DNA of 64,000 nucleotides from Chrysomallon squamiferum. Taxonomy: Eukaryota; Animalia; Mollusca. The notes below the pieces were generated by a model, which did not search any database, was not told the origin of the DNA, and saw only the letters and a list, made by a program, of their open reading frames with translations. Shown piece by piece: positions 13,644 through 27,276 of this stretch (the first letter of the stretch is position 1; each line of letters opens with the position of its first letter). The translations under genes and the position numbers were made by a program. The stretch is taken from contig CM022679.1 of the NCBI GenBank assembly GCA_012295275.1, positions 24,924,001-24,988,000 on the forward strand. The letters are read 5' to 3'.

Positions 13644-13979
13644 CAGGTTCCGGACCCATTATCCGGCGTCCTGAAATCCGGAAAGACCAGGAAGCCGGAT
13701 GTTTTATCCCGACGCTATTTTCATAGCTCGCGCGCGCGGGTGTTGTCCTCACCAGATCGGAACTACTCTTTCAAGCCGCGTAGCTTTCATTCACTCGCCG
13801 CATTGTTTACCTGTCGAGTCGCCACAGTTGTGTGTATCGTCAATTCTTTGTGTTTTTAATTTTAAAATGTTTATGCCTAATTAATTACGTATTTAGATGC
13901 TTTGGTACCATAAAACTGAAAAATGCAGAAATCCGGAATGCCACAGGCCCCAAGGAGTCCGTATAATTTGTCCGGTATG
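13644..13979. mobile_element. Tc1/mariner-superfamily MITE (~336 bp)
   Basis: TA-flanked, with imperfect TIRs CAGGTTCCGGACCCATTATCCGG / CCGTATAATTTGTCCGGTATG. CpG-richer than the flanks. Confidence 0.6.
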
Positions 13980-14867
13980 TATGTCAAAGCGTATATTCAT
14001 GAAAATGAGAGAGATGGCTGGTATGTAGAGTTGTGGCTGAGAGATATATGCTACACTGATGGCTAGGTTTGTGTGTATTTTTATCAGAAATAGAAAGTTT
14101 GTGAGTTGATATATCCCAGTGAATGTGAAGTCAGTTACTGAGACAATAGTTAAAAGTGATTATGACAGAAAATGTATTTGATGTCGCTATAGATTATTAT
14201 TATTTTTATTATTATTATTAGAAAACCTAATATTTTCTCGAATGTGTAGATTATTTTATTTACTTATTTATGAAATAATAAGAAACACTGATCGTTTTGT
14301 GAAAGGAAAATTCAGTCATAACCTCAACTGGTTCTGTCGTAATCATAACTGTTTGTTGGAAGGTAATTTTTTTAATTATTATTATTTTTTTTTTTTTACT
14401 GAAACTTGACACACACACACACACACACACACCGATTTATTTTATTGTGATTAACCATCTAAATCTACGTCCAAATTATTCATATTTTTTTTTTTTTTTT
14501 TTACAAATTTTAATTGGTAGATTAAATAATATATATTTTAATGATATTTTGGCATTGTCGTTACATGTTTAGCAGCCTTAGTAAGAAAAAAATTAATTAA
14601 ATAAGAACAGTATAATTATATAAAAGTTTAATTAAATAATTAATTTCTGAAAAGAGTAAATAATATACTATTCATTTTATTTTTTTATTTCGTTATTATG
14701 AAATAAATATACTCATTAATAAGTTTTATCAGTGTGCAGTTCTTATTATTTTAATATTGAAATTTGGTGCTTGCGGAAGGCGGTAATTTTCTTTAAAATT
14801 AAGGAAGAAAATCCAACGGAAGAAGATCATATGGCGGTAAATTCGTAAGCGATCTCATAAGTGGAGA

Positions 14868-15110
14868 ATGTTTGAATCGACCAGCTTCTATGGATCAAAA
14901 TACTTAAAGTTATTATCGTCATTTTGTCGTACTATTTTCAATGATATATCTCCATATATTGAGTAATGGGTATTCTGTTTAATGGGAAGATAGTTCTGTC
15001 TAGGCTCCAAGCTAGTCACTATAAATTAATTTGTAAACAACTGATCTAATGACTATGTCTAATGTGGTTAATTTAACAGTAATTTAAATAACAAAATTAA
15101 ACAATTTTAT

Positions 15111-15149
<39 letters not shown>

Positions 15150-18094
15150 CTGTTGTTACACTGCTTGTAAGAATGAGTTGATGTTTTAATTATTCTATAT
15201 TAAAAGGCGAAGACATGAAATGATTACTCATGCTGTGGAGAAAAGAGTTAAAGAATATGTGGAGCACAAACTTCCAAAACAGTTTAAACCTAGGTGTGTA
15301 TGCAGTATTGTAATTATTGTATAAAAAAAAGCTGAAAAAAAAAAAAAATATATATATATATATGACATAAAATAAAAATAAATTAAATTAAAAAAAAAAC
15401 ATTAAAAAAAAAACTCGACTTTTTGGCATCTTGATAATTATATATTTTATTCTACATAATCCAAAATCTGTAATTTTGGTTGTCAATGTTATACCAAAAT
15501 AAACTATTCCAATTAGTTCAAGCTTGCAGATTTTGAGATTTGGGGCTTGGTTAAAAATACATTTATTTTTTAAATATGAAAAAAAAAAGAAGAAAGTAAT
15601 AATAATGAAAGAAGAAATAAAAAATGGGTTTTGAAGATTCATTGTATTATGTTTCACAGTAAATAATTAAGGAAAATCTGCTGCTTTGTTAAAAATTCTG
15701 AAAATGTATACGTTTTATTTCAGCATTACTGGGCCATCATTACTCAGGAAAACATTTTTTCGTCAGCAAGAAGCATTTGAATATGCACGAAGCAAAGCAA
15801 AAGTAAAAATATGATTATCATGATAATAAATTCACAAGAATACTCAGCTGCTACATTAAAGTATCTTATTGCTTTCTGAAGAAATATTTTTGTGAATATA
15901 TTAAATTAAAGTTATCCGAGGGATTCATAGACCAGATATGCATCTTCTGTTCACACAGGACATCATAATTTGGTCTGAGCTTTATTTGTATTCTAAGAGC
16001 AATTTTAAACCAGTCAGTGGTTTATAATTAAGTAGATTTTATAAAATGTTTACAGTATAATCATAAATATAAATTAGATGATTTTTTGGCGTTTCATGTA
16101 CTTTTTTGTTATGTATAAACCTTTGGAGGTTAATTTTCTTCTGTAGAATTTCTAAATACATATATATGCTATGTAATATAAGGATTTAGAGTTTGTACAT
16201 AACAAATAAGCCTTCATATTTTTAAATGTGTAAGTGAAACATTTAAACAAACAATAAATAAAATTTAAAAACAAAATAATAATAAAAAAATAAATAATGT
16301 AAAATCATGCTTATGTTTACTGTTGTAACAGATAGTGGTAGATTAGTTGTGCTAAATATTGTACGTGAGTTAATATGAAGTGTTCCCTATTAATAGTTAT
16401 TCAGTCCCATGTTAAAATTAGTATTATTGTGGAAATTAATTGTTTGAATAATCACTTGTAATTATAAAACAGAGTATATGAGTTTAGCTGTCTTTAATTA
16501 CTTCTTTTTTTATATATGCTGTCTGGTACAAATAAGTTAATAGTTTATTATGGAGCAAATGAATTTCACTGACATTCATAATTTATCAACTTAAAGATAA
16601 TGTTTAAAAGCAAAATGTGAAACTATTTACAATTCCTTTAATGTTATGGTAATTTGTTAATTTTGATGCCTTCTTGCAGGATCTTTGTGTGTTTGCCTTT
16701 GAGAGTGAAACTTTGGGAGAGGAAAAGGGGCAGAGGATGTACCTAGTGTGTAGTTTACCTGTATTCTGGCATTACTACAGGTAATATAAGTAACATACAG
16801 GTAATAAATGCATGTTTTATAGATACACATTAAATAATCACACTGCGTGATAGGTAATATCAGTATTAACAGATATAATTTAAAAAATGTATTATTTGAT
16901 TTCTAAGGTGATTTACTGGTATATCATTTAAAAAGAATAATCACTGATCATTATTCATGTAAAACTATTAATTTTTGTTTGTGTATGGGGAAAGACACTT
17001 AAAATATACTTTGCTGTTGATTACTGATTAATTAGGTAATGGATTCCTTCCTAGTAACAGCTACAGGTTTCCTCTCTTCGATTTTTCATCAACATGTTTT
17101 TAACCTTATGATTTTTAACTTTACATCTGTTGAGGTGTCACTACAAATATTCATTCTATTTACAAACATGTCAAGGGATAAAATCTTTACCATTTGCTTT
17201 TTTTTGTTTTTTTACTACTTTTTTAATATATTATTTTCTTTTCCAGTCAGTTAAAAGAAAGTCAAAGACACCATTATGAGGTGATTCCAGAAGGTAAATA
17301 ATTTTATTGTTAATCTGCCTTAACTAATTATTAACTGTTAGGTATGTGCAGCCATGAAAAATACTTTACAAAAATGTGCAATAGAATCCACATTGTATTT
17401 TAATTTGTAAGATACTATTTTATTTTTATTTTTTTAATAGAGCAAATGTATTTTCAATAAATATCATTACAAAAATTTGATCTACATTTAATTTAAAATA
17501 ATTATAATAATAATAATAAAACGAATCTGTCTTTAGGAAAAAGATAAATTTTATGGTGGAGTTGTTTTACTGAAGCATTACAAAATATCCACTAGCTGCA
17601 AATTAGGTCAGGACAAATGTTCAGAAATTTAATGCTGTCAAATAATATCAAATTTAAAAAGACAGATCATTTTATTATTATTTTAATCTTTAGAATCAAA
17701 GGTTTATATTCTCTTAATGAGTTTCAGGATAAATATTTTCTAATGTTTTAGCAGAAAACCTTGATTATATCTATGCATAACTCTTGATATGAAATGGTGT
17801 GGGAAAAAAATAATTGCGACTGCTGATTAATTACTATTATCAGGAGCGGTGTGCAAGCTTTATTTTGATCTTGAGTTTGACATAGAGAAGAACACACAAA
17901 GTAATGGGGATGAAATGGTTGATACATTAATCAAGGTATGCACACAGTAACAAGTCCCAGAATATTTTTTTATTCTGGGTATTTTTAAGGCACAATTTAT
18001 TAATTATTAATAATGTATTAAATAATACAAAATAATAATAATAATAATAATAATATAATAAATAAAAAACCCAAAGAAAAAAACCTGTGTGTGT

Positions 18095-18132
<38 letters not shown>

Positions 18133-21100
18133 TATTTTAAGTGGTTACAAGATATAATAACATGAATGAATAAATACAGGAAAAATGTAAACCTATATAT
18201 ATCTAGATATACATATATATATAGGTTTACATTTTTCCTGTATTTATTCATTCATGTTATTATATCTTGTAACCACTTAAAAAAATGAAAGAAATCCTTG
18301 AAAAATTAATAAATGAGCAGCAATTCAAACCCAGATGATGTAAAATGTATAAAAGTAAGTAAACTGGCAACTCAGATCAGAACAGTAAATTTGATTTCTC
18401 TTTATCAGTTTAAAGTTTAGCTAGGGTATTTCATTCATTTTTCAGTATTTATTTATTTATTTATTATTATTATTAATTTTTATTTATTTCTTCTTTTTTT
18501 TTAACATCACAGCACTATAATTTAACAGTAACAAAATATATTTAGGCCATTTTTCATATGGCCAAATTTACAGTTTAAATATATTTCTTTTTTGCCGTTT
18601 AATTCAGTATCAGAAGTTTAATTTTTTTTGTGTGTGATTTATATTTTTTAAGTATGTCTGCTTCTGGATGAAACATCAGTTTGGAGTGTTGTGTTCTAGG
18701 AAAGATGTACTTGATTTAGACTCCAGGTAAGTCAGTAGATATTGTGCTTTATATTTTTTAGTTACTCTTTTTCTTTTTCTTCTCCTTTTAAATATCTCTG
18801 AAGTGAAGATAACATTTAGAAACATTTTTGATTTTATTTGTACCTGACAACAGAATCAAGTAAACTTCTGTTGGACAATCTTTACACTGTCTTTTTGGTT
18901 GAAGCATGTAAAACTTGAATTTGATAAATTTACATAATATAAACTAGCGTAAATATGTAGACTAGTCTATCTTTAGGTATCTTCTGTTATTCAGTTAAAT
19001 GTCATATTTCATGCACAGTTTTAATAATTTATACAAAGATTATATAAATTTAATAACTGTACAGCTTATAAACATACTTTGAAACAGTTCTGAAGGTTTG
19101 TTTCTAAATGTTTTTAACTCTTAATTTCTTTATTTTGGTCTACACCTTTTAAAATACAAATGATGGAAGTTAAGCTTCACTTACGTCTTTAAGAAAAAAG
19201 AGAAAAACCAAAAAAAGAAGAAAATATACAAACACATTACTTCTTTAATAAAACAAATTTGCACCTTTCCATATTGAGTTTTGAATGTAATGTCATATTT
19301 TTTATAAACATGTCTTTGTTTTTATATTACGTACACACACACACACATTTCATATTTTGTTCTCAAATTCTACATTTCTTTAATCTAATCAAACTTTTTT
19401 CTCTCAGCACAGCCAAAAAGTTCAGTCGTCATCTAATCTTTCAGCTTGCAGATGTTGCATTTAAAGACAACATTCATGCAGGTATGAACTTATAAAACAT
19501 TTATAAATAAAATAGCTGAGTTTCATAAACTTGAAATGTATTCAGGAATTAATTCCATAAAAATTAATCATTTTGTAATGTGTGATAGATGATACACTAC
19601 CAATAGTTTTAATTAATTATAATAATATTATTATTATGAAGGGTTAAATGCTACGTTATCAGTTAAATCTTTAATTAATTACATTATTAAATTTTTATAA
19701 AAACTAAAATTAATGTCATAATAATCTGTGATTGTAATGTCTTTATATCAAATGTCTGTGAGGGGATTTTTATTTATTTATTTTTTCTGATTTTTTTCAG
19801 GAAAATTTGTGAATCACATTTTCACAATACTTATGAATATAGTCACAGATCAGAAAACTGATATAAAACCCTCAGACAACAATACAAAAGAAAACTCCTT
19901 GTTAACTGATAATCAGAATTTCATTAATAAACAGAGATCAGATTCATCTGAAAATACAAATAGTGCTGGCACAGAGAGAAAAGACTCTAAGATTTGTTGT
20001 ACAGAGGAATTTAATGACGAGAATGGTGATGAGAAAAAGAAGAAGAAGGATACTAAAAGTCTTGATGAAAAACAGTTGGTAATGGCTTCCTTTACACAGG
20101 ACCAGCTGAAGTCATTAGTGGTACACGGAAAGAATGATACAGATGTGTTGTGTGATTTAGGTAACCAGATTCCCAATCCAAAAAAAAAAAAAATAAGTTA
20201 AATAAATTCAAAAATATATATATAAAATAAATAAATAAATAAACAAATAAAAATAAAAACAATAAAAACTACTGTCATAGAAATATTTTCAGTTTCAAAT
20301 AATTTTTGATATTATTATTGTTGTAATTTGTTTCTGTGTTAAGTTCAGTTTCAGTCTTTGTTTTAGTTCATGACATCCATGGGTTTGACAAATTTAATTA
20401 AGTTTTATTTCGTTGTTGTAGGTGTTTATACAAAGAATAGAAACTTTCGGCTTTACAAGTCCAGTAAACTGGGCAAGGTAAACCCACTAGAGTTGTCACA
20501 TCACAACCAATATGTGATTCCAGACAGTGATGAAAGAAATACAGACGAACAGACATTCCACAGTTCTTTTATATGTAATGTGAGGTGTGTAAAATCACTT
20601 ATAAAACAATCCTTCAGACAATAACTGGTTTCATATTGGTAAAATATATCAACTCTTGTGTCAAAATAAAGTATATTATATGTAGATGTATATGTACTAG
20701 TTTCATACTGGTAAAATAAAGCAAATATTGAAATAATATCTATATTAATTCTAGATCTATTTATTTATTTAATGTAAAATGAATCAATTCTCTGTCCACA
20801 TAAATTGTCCTTGAAATAATAACTATATTAAGTATAGATCTATTTACTGGTTTAATCTAAAGAATTAAAACAAATATTGAAATAATACAGGGTGGCCCAG
20901 ATGTAACCGAACCTGAATTGTTATGAAAAGTTACAGTTAAATGAAACAAATTTTATTTCATATAGTTACAGCAAATGTCCAAAATGCAAACCATTATTTG
21001 TAATACAGTGATGACATCGTTCAATGGTTGATTCAGTTACTTTTTTTTTGAGCCTGGAGTTCCCGCAGTCGATATGGGTGCAAGCCAATATCCGACATGA

Positions 21101-23758
21101 TGCGTTGTAAAGACGATCGTGATATGCCCAGCTCTGCAGAAGCACGTCTCTTGGATTTGCGAGGGCTGTTGACATATGATGATGCTACTAATTACTGGTT
21201 GGCAATTGTCTTCATTGTTCTTGGTGCACCAGGTTCATACGCGTCGGCAACGTTGCCAGTTTGTTCAAATTTTTGTACCAATTCGTAGACTGACGATTTT
21301 GATGGGGGTGGTGTATCAAACGATTCATTCCAATGATCAATAACATTTTTATAACTCCTCTCCGACAAATAATAATTGTTAACAGCTAAATACGTTCTTC
21401 CAATTTTAAAGTGCGTTGTGTGTTGGCCATGTCTGTTAAATGAAAGAGGGCGACAACAAAGACAATCAAAGAAGAAGGTTTCCGTCCTCTCTTAAATAGG
21501 CTTTGCAACACTTTCGGTGGTGATGACGAAACCAGTTAACACAGCCATGCATGTGATTATCCCTGATATTGATTGCTTCAGTATTTCGTGAAGCAGACTT
21601 GAAATCAGTGATCATCGATTGAGTGTTCGGGTTCGATTACATCTGGGCCACCCTGTACATTAGTATGAATTAGTTGAATTTAAGCTGTTAACTTAGATTA
21701 AATCAATGCAACCCATTAAGTAATAATTTTGTATATGCCAGTGTAAAGTTGTATAAAGTAATTTAAAGTCATTCTTGAAATAATACATTTTTATGTTCAA
21801 ATGTAATGCAAACTGTTCAAAACAAAATAAATAAAAATAATAATAATAATAATAAAAATAAAATATTCTAAAAATTCCATTTTTCTTTTCAGATACACAA
21901 ATCATTTAAGAATACTGAATTTTGAATCCAATGATTTGACAAATAGAACTGTAAAAAGAAACAGAACCAAACAACAGAATGAAAAGGAAATGTCACTCAA
22001 AACTGGTAATTTTGTATATTTCCACCACTTTTAAAAGTGTTTTTTTTGTTTTGTTTTGGTTATATACAAAGAAACTTCCAGTTTGTAGTAATGATAAAAA
22101 GAAAAAAGAAGATCAACAAAAAACAAAACAAAACAGCAACAATATAATAATACAGTTAATTTTAGTCTGAATGTGAATTTGTTTTTCATAACTGGGTTTA
22201 ACAACAGCAGATCTGAAATACAAATAATTAATTTTTGTTTGGAAACATTCTCTGAATAGATTAAGACTCTCTTTCAACAAATGAGGAAAAAGGTTTATTT
22301 TTGTGTAGTGTACAAAAAACCATCCAAAAAGTAAATTCAGAATTTGTTTCAGATACTGTAGAGGGCTACAGAACATCACCATATCCTGAAATTGATGCAT
22401 TTGTATCTAGTATTGTCAGTGGTGACGGTCATCAAGGTTACATCAGACACTGGACATATTTTACACACGAGGAACTTCTTGTATACGATATTGCAAAATT
22501 TCGGTTTTGTGAAAATGTTGGTCGTGAACATAGAAGCAATAATGTTATGTAAGTTGTACAGAAATAATATTACCTAAGTAATATAGCAGTAGGGTTAGGT
22601 ATATTATATGGAATTTAGAGAATGTATATTAAACACTGATACTTTTTAAAGTTTTGAACAGATTTTTATTACTTTAATTAAACACTAGACAAAAAGATAC
22701 CAAATAATTCAAGGTGTTACTGGTTGCAAGATATGAAATAAATATATTTTGAATGTACCAGTCGTAGCAAGAATTACAGAAACCATGAAATTAAATAATA
22801 AATTATTATCTCAAATTAACTTTAGTATGCTGGGCTGTTTCTTGCAATAATTTGTAACCGTTTTCTTTATACTGTTGTTATCTATGCTCAGTTATGTAAA
22901 CTTAAGGATGTCGATAGCATCAAAAATGTTAAATATTTTAAATGTTATTTGTTATGTATTTTAGGCTGATTGTGGACATGAAAAAAGGAGTTTATTATCA
23001 GAAATGTCATGACCCAGATTGTCAAGCACAAAACTTCAAGTCACCAGGTGAGGTATTTATAACTAACAGATCTTTAAATAAATTTGTTTATTGTTAATTT
23101 TCATTTCTTATGCAGCTCTTGACAGTCACTGTAAGGCTAGAAAATATTAAAACTATATATTTTGTCACTGTTTCTGGTCACAATTTTTTTTTTTTTTTAC
23201 CTGTATTGAAATATTAAAATATAAAATCTGTTTTTAAGAAAAATATCTCTCTTGTACAGAAATTTTTATATTTCTGAAGTACAGTTAAATAAAATAATTT
23301 ATTTCAGTTTATTTATTTATTAAATACTATAGAAAATGGAAATAAATTCAAATTAAATTAATTTATCTCTCAAACTAATACTCTTGCATTTCTTTTTATC
23401 CATCCTGTATTAATCTTACAGAGAAGAAAAAAAAAAAAAAGGTGATAAAAATGTTAGAACTCTAATTCCATTTAGCAGTTTTAAAAAAAGTAGAAAGTTT
23501 GCAGTTTTCAAATTATTTGATTCTATTGCAGATTATAATCTTCCTCACAACGTGTTGCCAGCACACTACTTTGAAGATCTAGAGGATACATCATCAGCAG
23601 AAGATAACTTTGATTCTGATTTTGAAGATGAGGAATGTTTAAAGGAAGTAGAAAACATGGAAAAGTCTTTGATAACAGAGGATGAAGGGTTGAGTGACAC
23701 AGAACTGCTATCAGCTGCTGAAGATCTCGAAAACAGCATTCACGAAGAGAGAAAATAA
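14868..23758 (+). CDS. PRIMPOL: DNA-directed primase/polymerase PrimPol (AEP domain, UL52-like Zn finger, acidic RPA-binding tail), 14 exons, ~578 aa
   Basis: Exons 14868-14908 (weak donor, less certain), 15207-15293, 15724-15802, 16680-16780, 17247-17293, 17844-17935, 18653-18726, 19408-19481, 19801-20160, 20422-20584, 21893-22005, 22353-22548, 22965-23047, 23532-23758 splice in frame. Motifs: HYEVIPEGAVCKLYFDLEF (DxE), KFSRHLIF (SxH), CDLGVYTKNRNFRLYKSSK, RFCENVGREHRSNN…YQKCHDPDC (CHCC finger), and acidic DEECLKEVENME / DTELLSAAEDLE resembling RPA-binding motifs. Confidence 0.95.
18135..18282. repeat. Long inverted repeat (hairpin) with a (TA)n-rich centre, in a PRIMPOL intron
   Basis: ttttaagtggttacaagatataataacatgaatgaataaatacaggaaaaatgtaaacctata … tataggtttacatttttcctgtatttattcattcatgttattatatcttgtaaccacttaaaa; arms of about 65 bp. 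Confidence 0.95.
20888..21655 (-). mobile_element. Internally deleted Tc1/mariner-superfamily element (DUF4817/HTH-type transposase remnant) in PRIMPOL intron 10
   Basis: TA-flanked 26-bp TIRs CAGGGTGGCCCAGATGTAA(C/T)CGAACC. The minus strand encodes broken PPSKSSVYELVQKFEQTGNV…SPRKSKRRASAELGISRSSLQRIM fused to the C-terminal RCHHCITNNGLHFGHLL. The catalytic domain is deleted. Confidence 0.85.
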
Positions 23759-24209
23759 CCAGAAAACTGAATTTACTTATGAAATTTGCAGTCGGAGTAT
23801 CATTAAAGAATAAATAATGTCACAAGGAAGGTGCCTACAAACAAGTTTATATAGTACGTAGTAAGGTAGTATTTTGTTGTGTTGCTGTTCCCCAGTGAAA
23901 ACTAAAATTAAAAAACAAAAATGTAGGTTATAGTTTTTTAACATTTGGGGTTGGGTTTGTATTTGATGGTTTCCATTCCTTCTGCATATGAGATAGCATG
24001 GAATAATATCATGTTAAAGCATTGGTATTTATTTATTGTGTTAGCTTTCTCCAAATGACATCAAAAAAAAAAAAAACATAGGTTATAGGAGTTTAGTAGG
24101 TGAAGCTAGTTATTGACAGTTTCCAATCTTTCTGTATTATAAAGACAACAGATTATAATGCTTTGTTAAAGCACTGGTAAAGTGGCAACATGACAGTCAT
24201 CAAGAGAAT

Positions 24210-25605
24210 GGAGTAATTTTTATCTAAAAATAAAATATTCTTGAACAAAGGGTTTGTATAAGAATACAAAACAATTAAAATCATTAAAATAATACATTAC
24301 TCATTTCTAATCTTTATGCTTTATTGTAAAATAAATACATATATTGCACCTTTTTATTTTATTTTTTTACTAAATTGCATTTGAACAAATGTATATAATG
24401 TACAGCTCATGTGGGACTGACTATACAGATACATCTTACAATATTTTTTTATATTTCTTTTATTTATTTAATATATTTTTTATAACTGTATACAAAATAA
24501 AACTGCATTACTCAAATAAATATTCTGTTATTGATGTACTGAAACAGGGGATTCTTAATAACTTTATCAAAAATTGTTTATTTTTAAACAGGAGAACTCC
24601 ACTCCAGGAAGAGAATTTGTTTTTAAAGATTTGTGTACAAAGCAACTTTCTTATGGATCAGAACGTTAAACTGCATCAAACAGGCACAATTATTAATTAC
24701 TTAAAACTCTGATTGATTATTTTATCTTGGGAAAGATGTTTATGAAAGAATAGCTCAAGCTTTAATACTGTGCATTCCAAGTAGATAATCATAGTTTATT
24801 GGAGAATAGAGGATATTTGTAAATATATGATATAATATAACTTTATTCATTTAAAAGATTAAAACAAATAATAATCTTATTAAGAAGAATAAAACCACCA
24901 AAAATGTTTCTGTTGTAAAGGTAGTTCAAACTTAAGCAGAAGCATCAAAGAATTTCTCCAGAAGCTCTCCCACTTGTTCCTCTGTGTATTTTATGTATTT
25001 CTGAGGGTTTCTTGTGAAGTTGACATTCTTGAACTTGTTGAGAAATATTTGATATCTGAGAAGAATGTATTTCTTATTGTCCTCTATTAGCGACTGTCGC
25101 AGCTCTGGATCAGGAATGGCATATCCCTTCTGGATGCGATAGATTTCTTCAAGCTCTTTGTTGAACCCCTGAAAATAACATCAGTTTTTATTTTGTTTCA
25201 CAAATCATCATCCAAAATAAATATGAAAAAGTTCTCAAAGTTAAATAACCATTAGATGCATGTATTTGATATGATTGAAACATTATAAAAATGGCTGGGC
25301 TAATTACCAAATATCTTTAAATATGAAATTAACACATTTCTTCATATGCCTTTCCTGGAATGAAAATAACCTACAAAGCTATACCAGTAAAAGTTTTGAT
25401 TTCTGTTACATGGGCTGATTTCAAGTGACAGTTTAATTGCTGGTATACTTATGTATCTGTTCAACAATAATATGATAAGCACATGTGTTTAATCTTACTG
25501 TGAACTTATCTTTGATGTTTTGCTTATCTTTATCAGTTTTGCCAATGATTGTGAATATAGCACTGTGTGGTACCTACAGTGAGAAAAACAGTAACATTAC
25601 CTTTT
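24210..25605. repeat. Segmental duplicate of ~61270-63092 (EXOC7 3'UTR, last exon and intron pieces)
   Basis: Direct collinear similarity with indels, e.g. ttattgtaaaataaatacatatattgcacc at ~24321 and ~61427. 25536-25605 matches 63031-63092. Confidence 0.93.
24932..25531 (-). pseudogene. EXOC7: Orphan duplicate of the EXOC7 3' end: intact last exon 24932-25168 plus a truncated penultimate exon 25499-25531
   Basis: Encodes GFNKELEEIYRIQKGYAIPDPELRQ…FTRNPQKYIKYTEEQVGELLEKFFDASA*. It differs from 62139-62375 at two synonymous sites. The acceptor of the penultimate exon is deleted. Confidence 0.85.
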
Positions 25606-25974
25606 TTCTTATGAGTTGTACCAAAGATATGTTGGTGTCATTTTAATATTTTTTTTTTTTTTTAGCTGTTTCTGATGATATATAATTTTATAGGAAAATG
25701 TTTTTGAAAATGTTGATACCCAATAACAGATATTTTTATTCTTGCTTGAGTGTCGTTATTGGTTATGGCCCGCAAAGTCGACGACTTGTATAAATGATCT
25801 TATAATTGTGTCTACTTAGTGGGACAAGCTGAAATGTACCAGTGATGATCTGTTGATGTCCCGGGACTCATTAATTGCTGTTTTGCCTGGTTGATGGTGT
25901 GCGCAGTCAAAAGGTAACAAGATGATACTGTACCACAGCTATTACTACTACTACTACTATTACTACAATACAAT

Positions 25975-26315
25975 TTCAGTTTAGTTTATTTATTTGCCAG
26001 AGTCAGCATGATTATAAACACAAAACTGACAAGAATACAGTTATAAAACACAAACAGTTGTGTAATAGGTTACAGTATACAAATACAGGAGGGAAAAATT
26101 AAACATTATTAGTTGTTATATATGTGTGTGTGTGTGTGTGGTTACAAATTAAATTACATATTTATCAAGATTCCTTAAAGTTTTAATTTTTTCTGAAGAC
26201 CAAAAACTGATTATGTTAAAAGTATATGGTCTTGTATACAAATATTTTATATCATTATAAAATAAACATTTTGATACAAAATGGAATTTATCCTCAACGC
26301 CTCCACTGTGTTTTA
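25975..26315 (-). mobile_element. 5'-truncated non-LTR retrotransposon (LINE) 3' fragment
   Basis: Minus-strand GVEDKFHFVSKCLFYNDIK…LRNLDKYV resembles the EDEFHF..C..Y..LR C-terminal Zn-knuckle region of LINE ORF2. The tail reads aataaataaactaaactgaaa. Confidence 0.6.
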
Positions 26316-26766
26316 CACACACACACACACACACACACAACAACAACAACAACAATGGGTCCACTAAGGAGGTTCAATCCTTTATGTCAGGCATCGTACG
26401 TGAACTCAACTAATCGAGTTTAATCCGAGTTCATATCACTGGTTACTTCGTATGTATTACAGTACTAATAAATTAATTAATTAAGGTTAAGGATCACGGA
26501 TCTAATAATAAGAAACTGCTGAATGGGCTTCTGTTACCAAAAACACACCAGCAAGGGATCTTTTATATACATTTTCCCATAGTCACAACGTAGGTTCTGC
26601 ATTGCGACGTAGTTCATCTCCACGCTTTCTATTTATGTGAAATTTGTGCTGGTTGTAATACAAATGTCACCCACTCCTTAATGTGTCGATGAATATTTTG
26701 CTGGAGTTTGATGTTTTCCAGGTTCAGATGTAAAACAAAAAATCATAATAAAGAACAAAAGACTGG

Positions 26767-26811
<45 letters not shown>

Positions 26812-26814
<3 letters not shown>

Positions 26815-26881
26815 TTGTTTCAGTTTGTTTTTCTTTAGATATATATATATATATCTAAAGAAAAACAAACTGAAACAAAAA
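26812..26881. repeat. Perfect palindrome centred on (TA)n
   Basis: tttttgtttcagtttgtttttctttaga(ta)n tctaaagaaaaacaaactgaaacaaaaa, preceded by a (TA)n tract. Confidence 0.92.
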
Positions 26882-27276
26882 TAATAATATTAATTAAAAA
26901 AATAAAAAAATAAAATAAAAAATTAATAAATACACGACAAAGATCAAACTTAAAAATACCATTCCAGAACTAATAGATACACAAATGTGGTTGTGTTCGT
27001 CTGTGTGTTCATATTCTTATTTAATTTACATTTTTAATATGTATTTTATAACAAAGTTATTAAATGGTGGAGATGATTTTATGATTATTTGTATCTTAAT
27101 TTTCATAAATAATCCTTTTGTTCAGTGAAAATTTCTTAAAAGTTATACCATCTTTAGAATAAATAATAAATGAAATTTTTAAAATACCAAATATTTTTGG
27201 CTTTATTACAATATTGGTTCTGCTTCATCTGTTTATTCTAGACATTTATTAAATAAATAAAAGTATTAAATAATTA

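Noticed and set aside
14868-23758. PrimPol as part of a mobile, viral or defence system
   Set aside because: It is an ordinary intron-rich eukaryotic PRIMPOL orthologue with no mobile-element context.
25740-25965. Possible SINE with a (CTA)n tail
   Set aside because: No convincing A/B boxes, TSD or second copy in the window.
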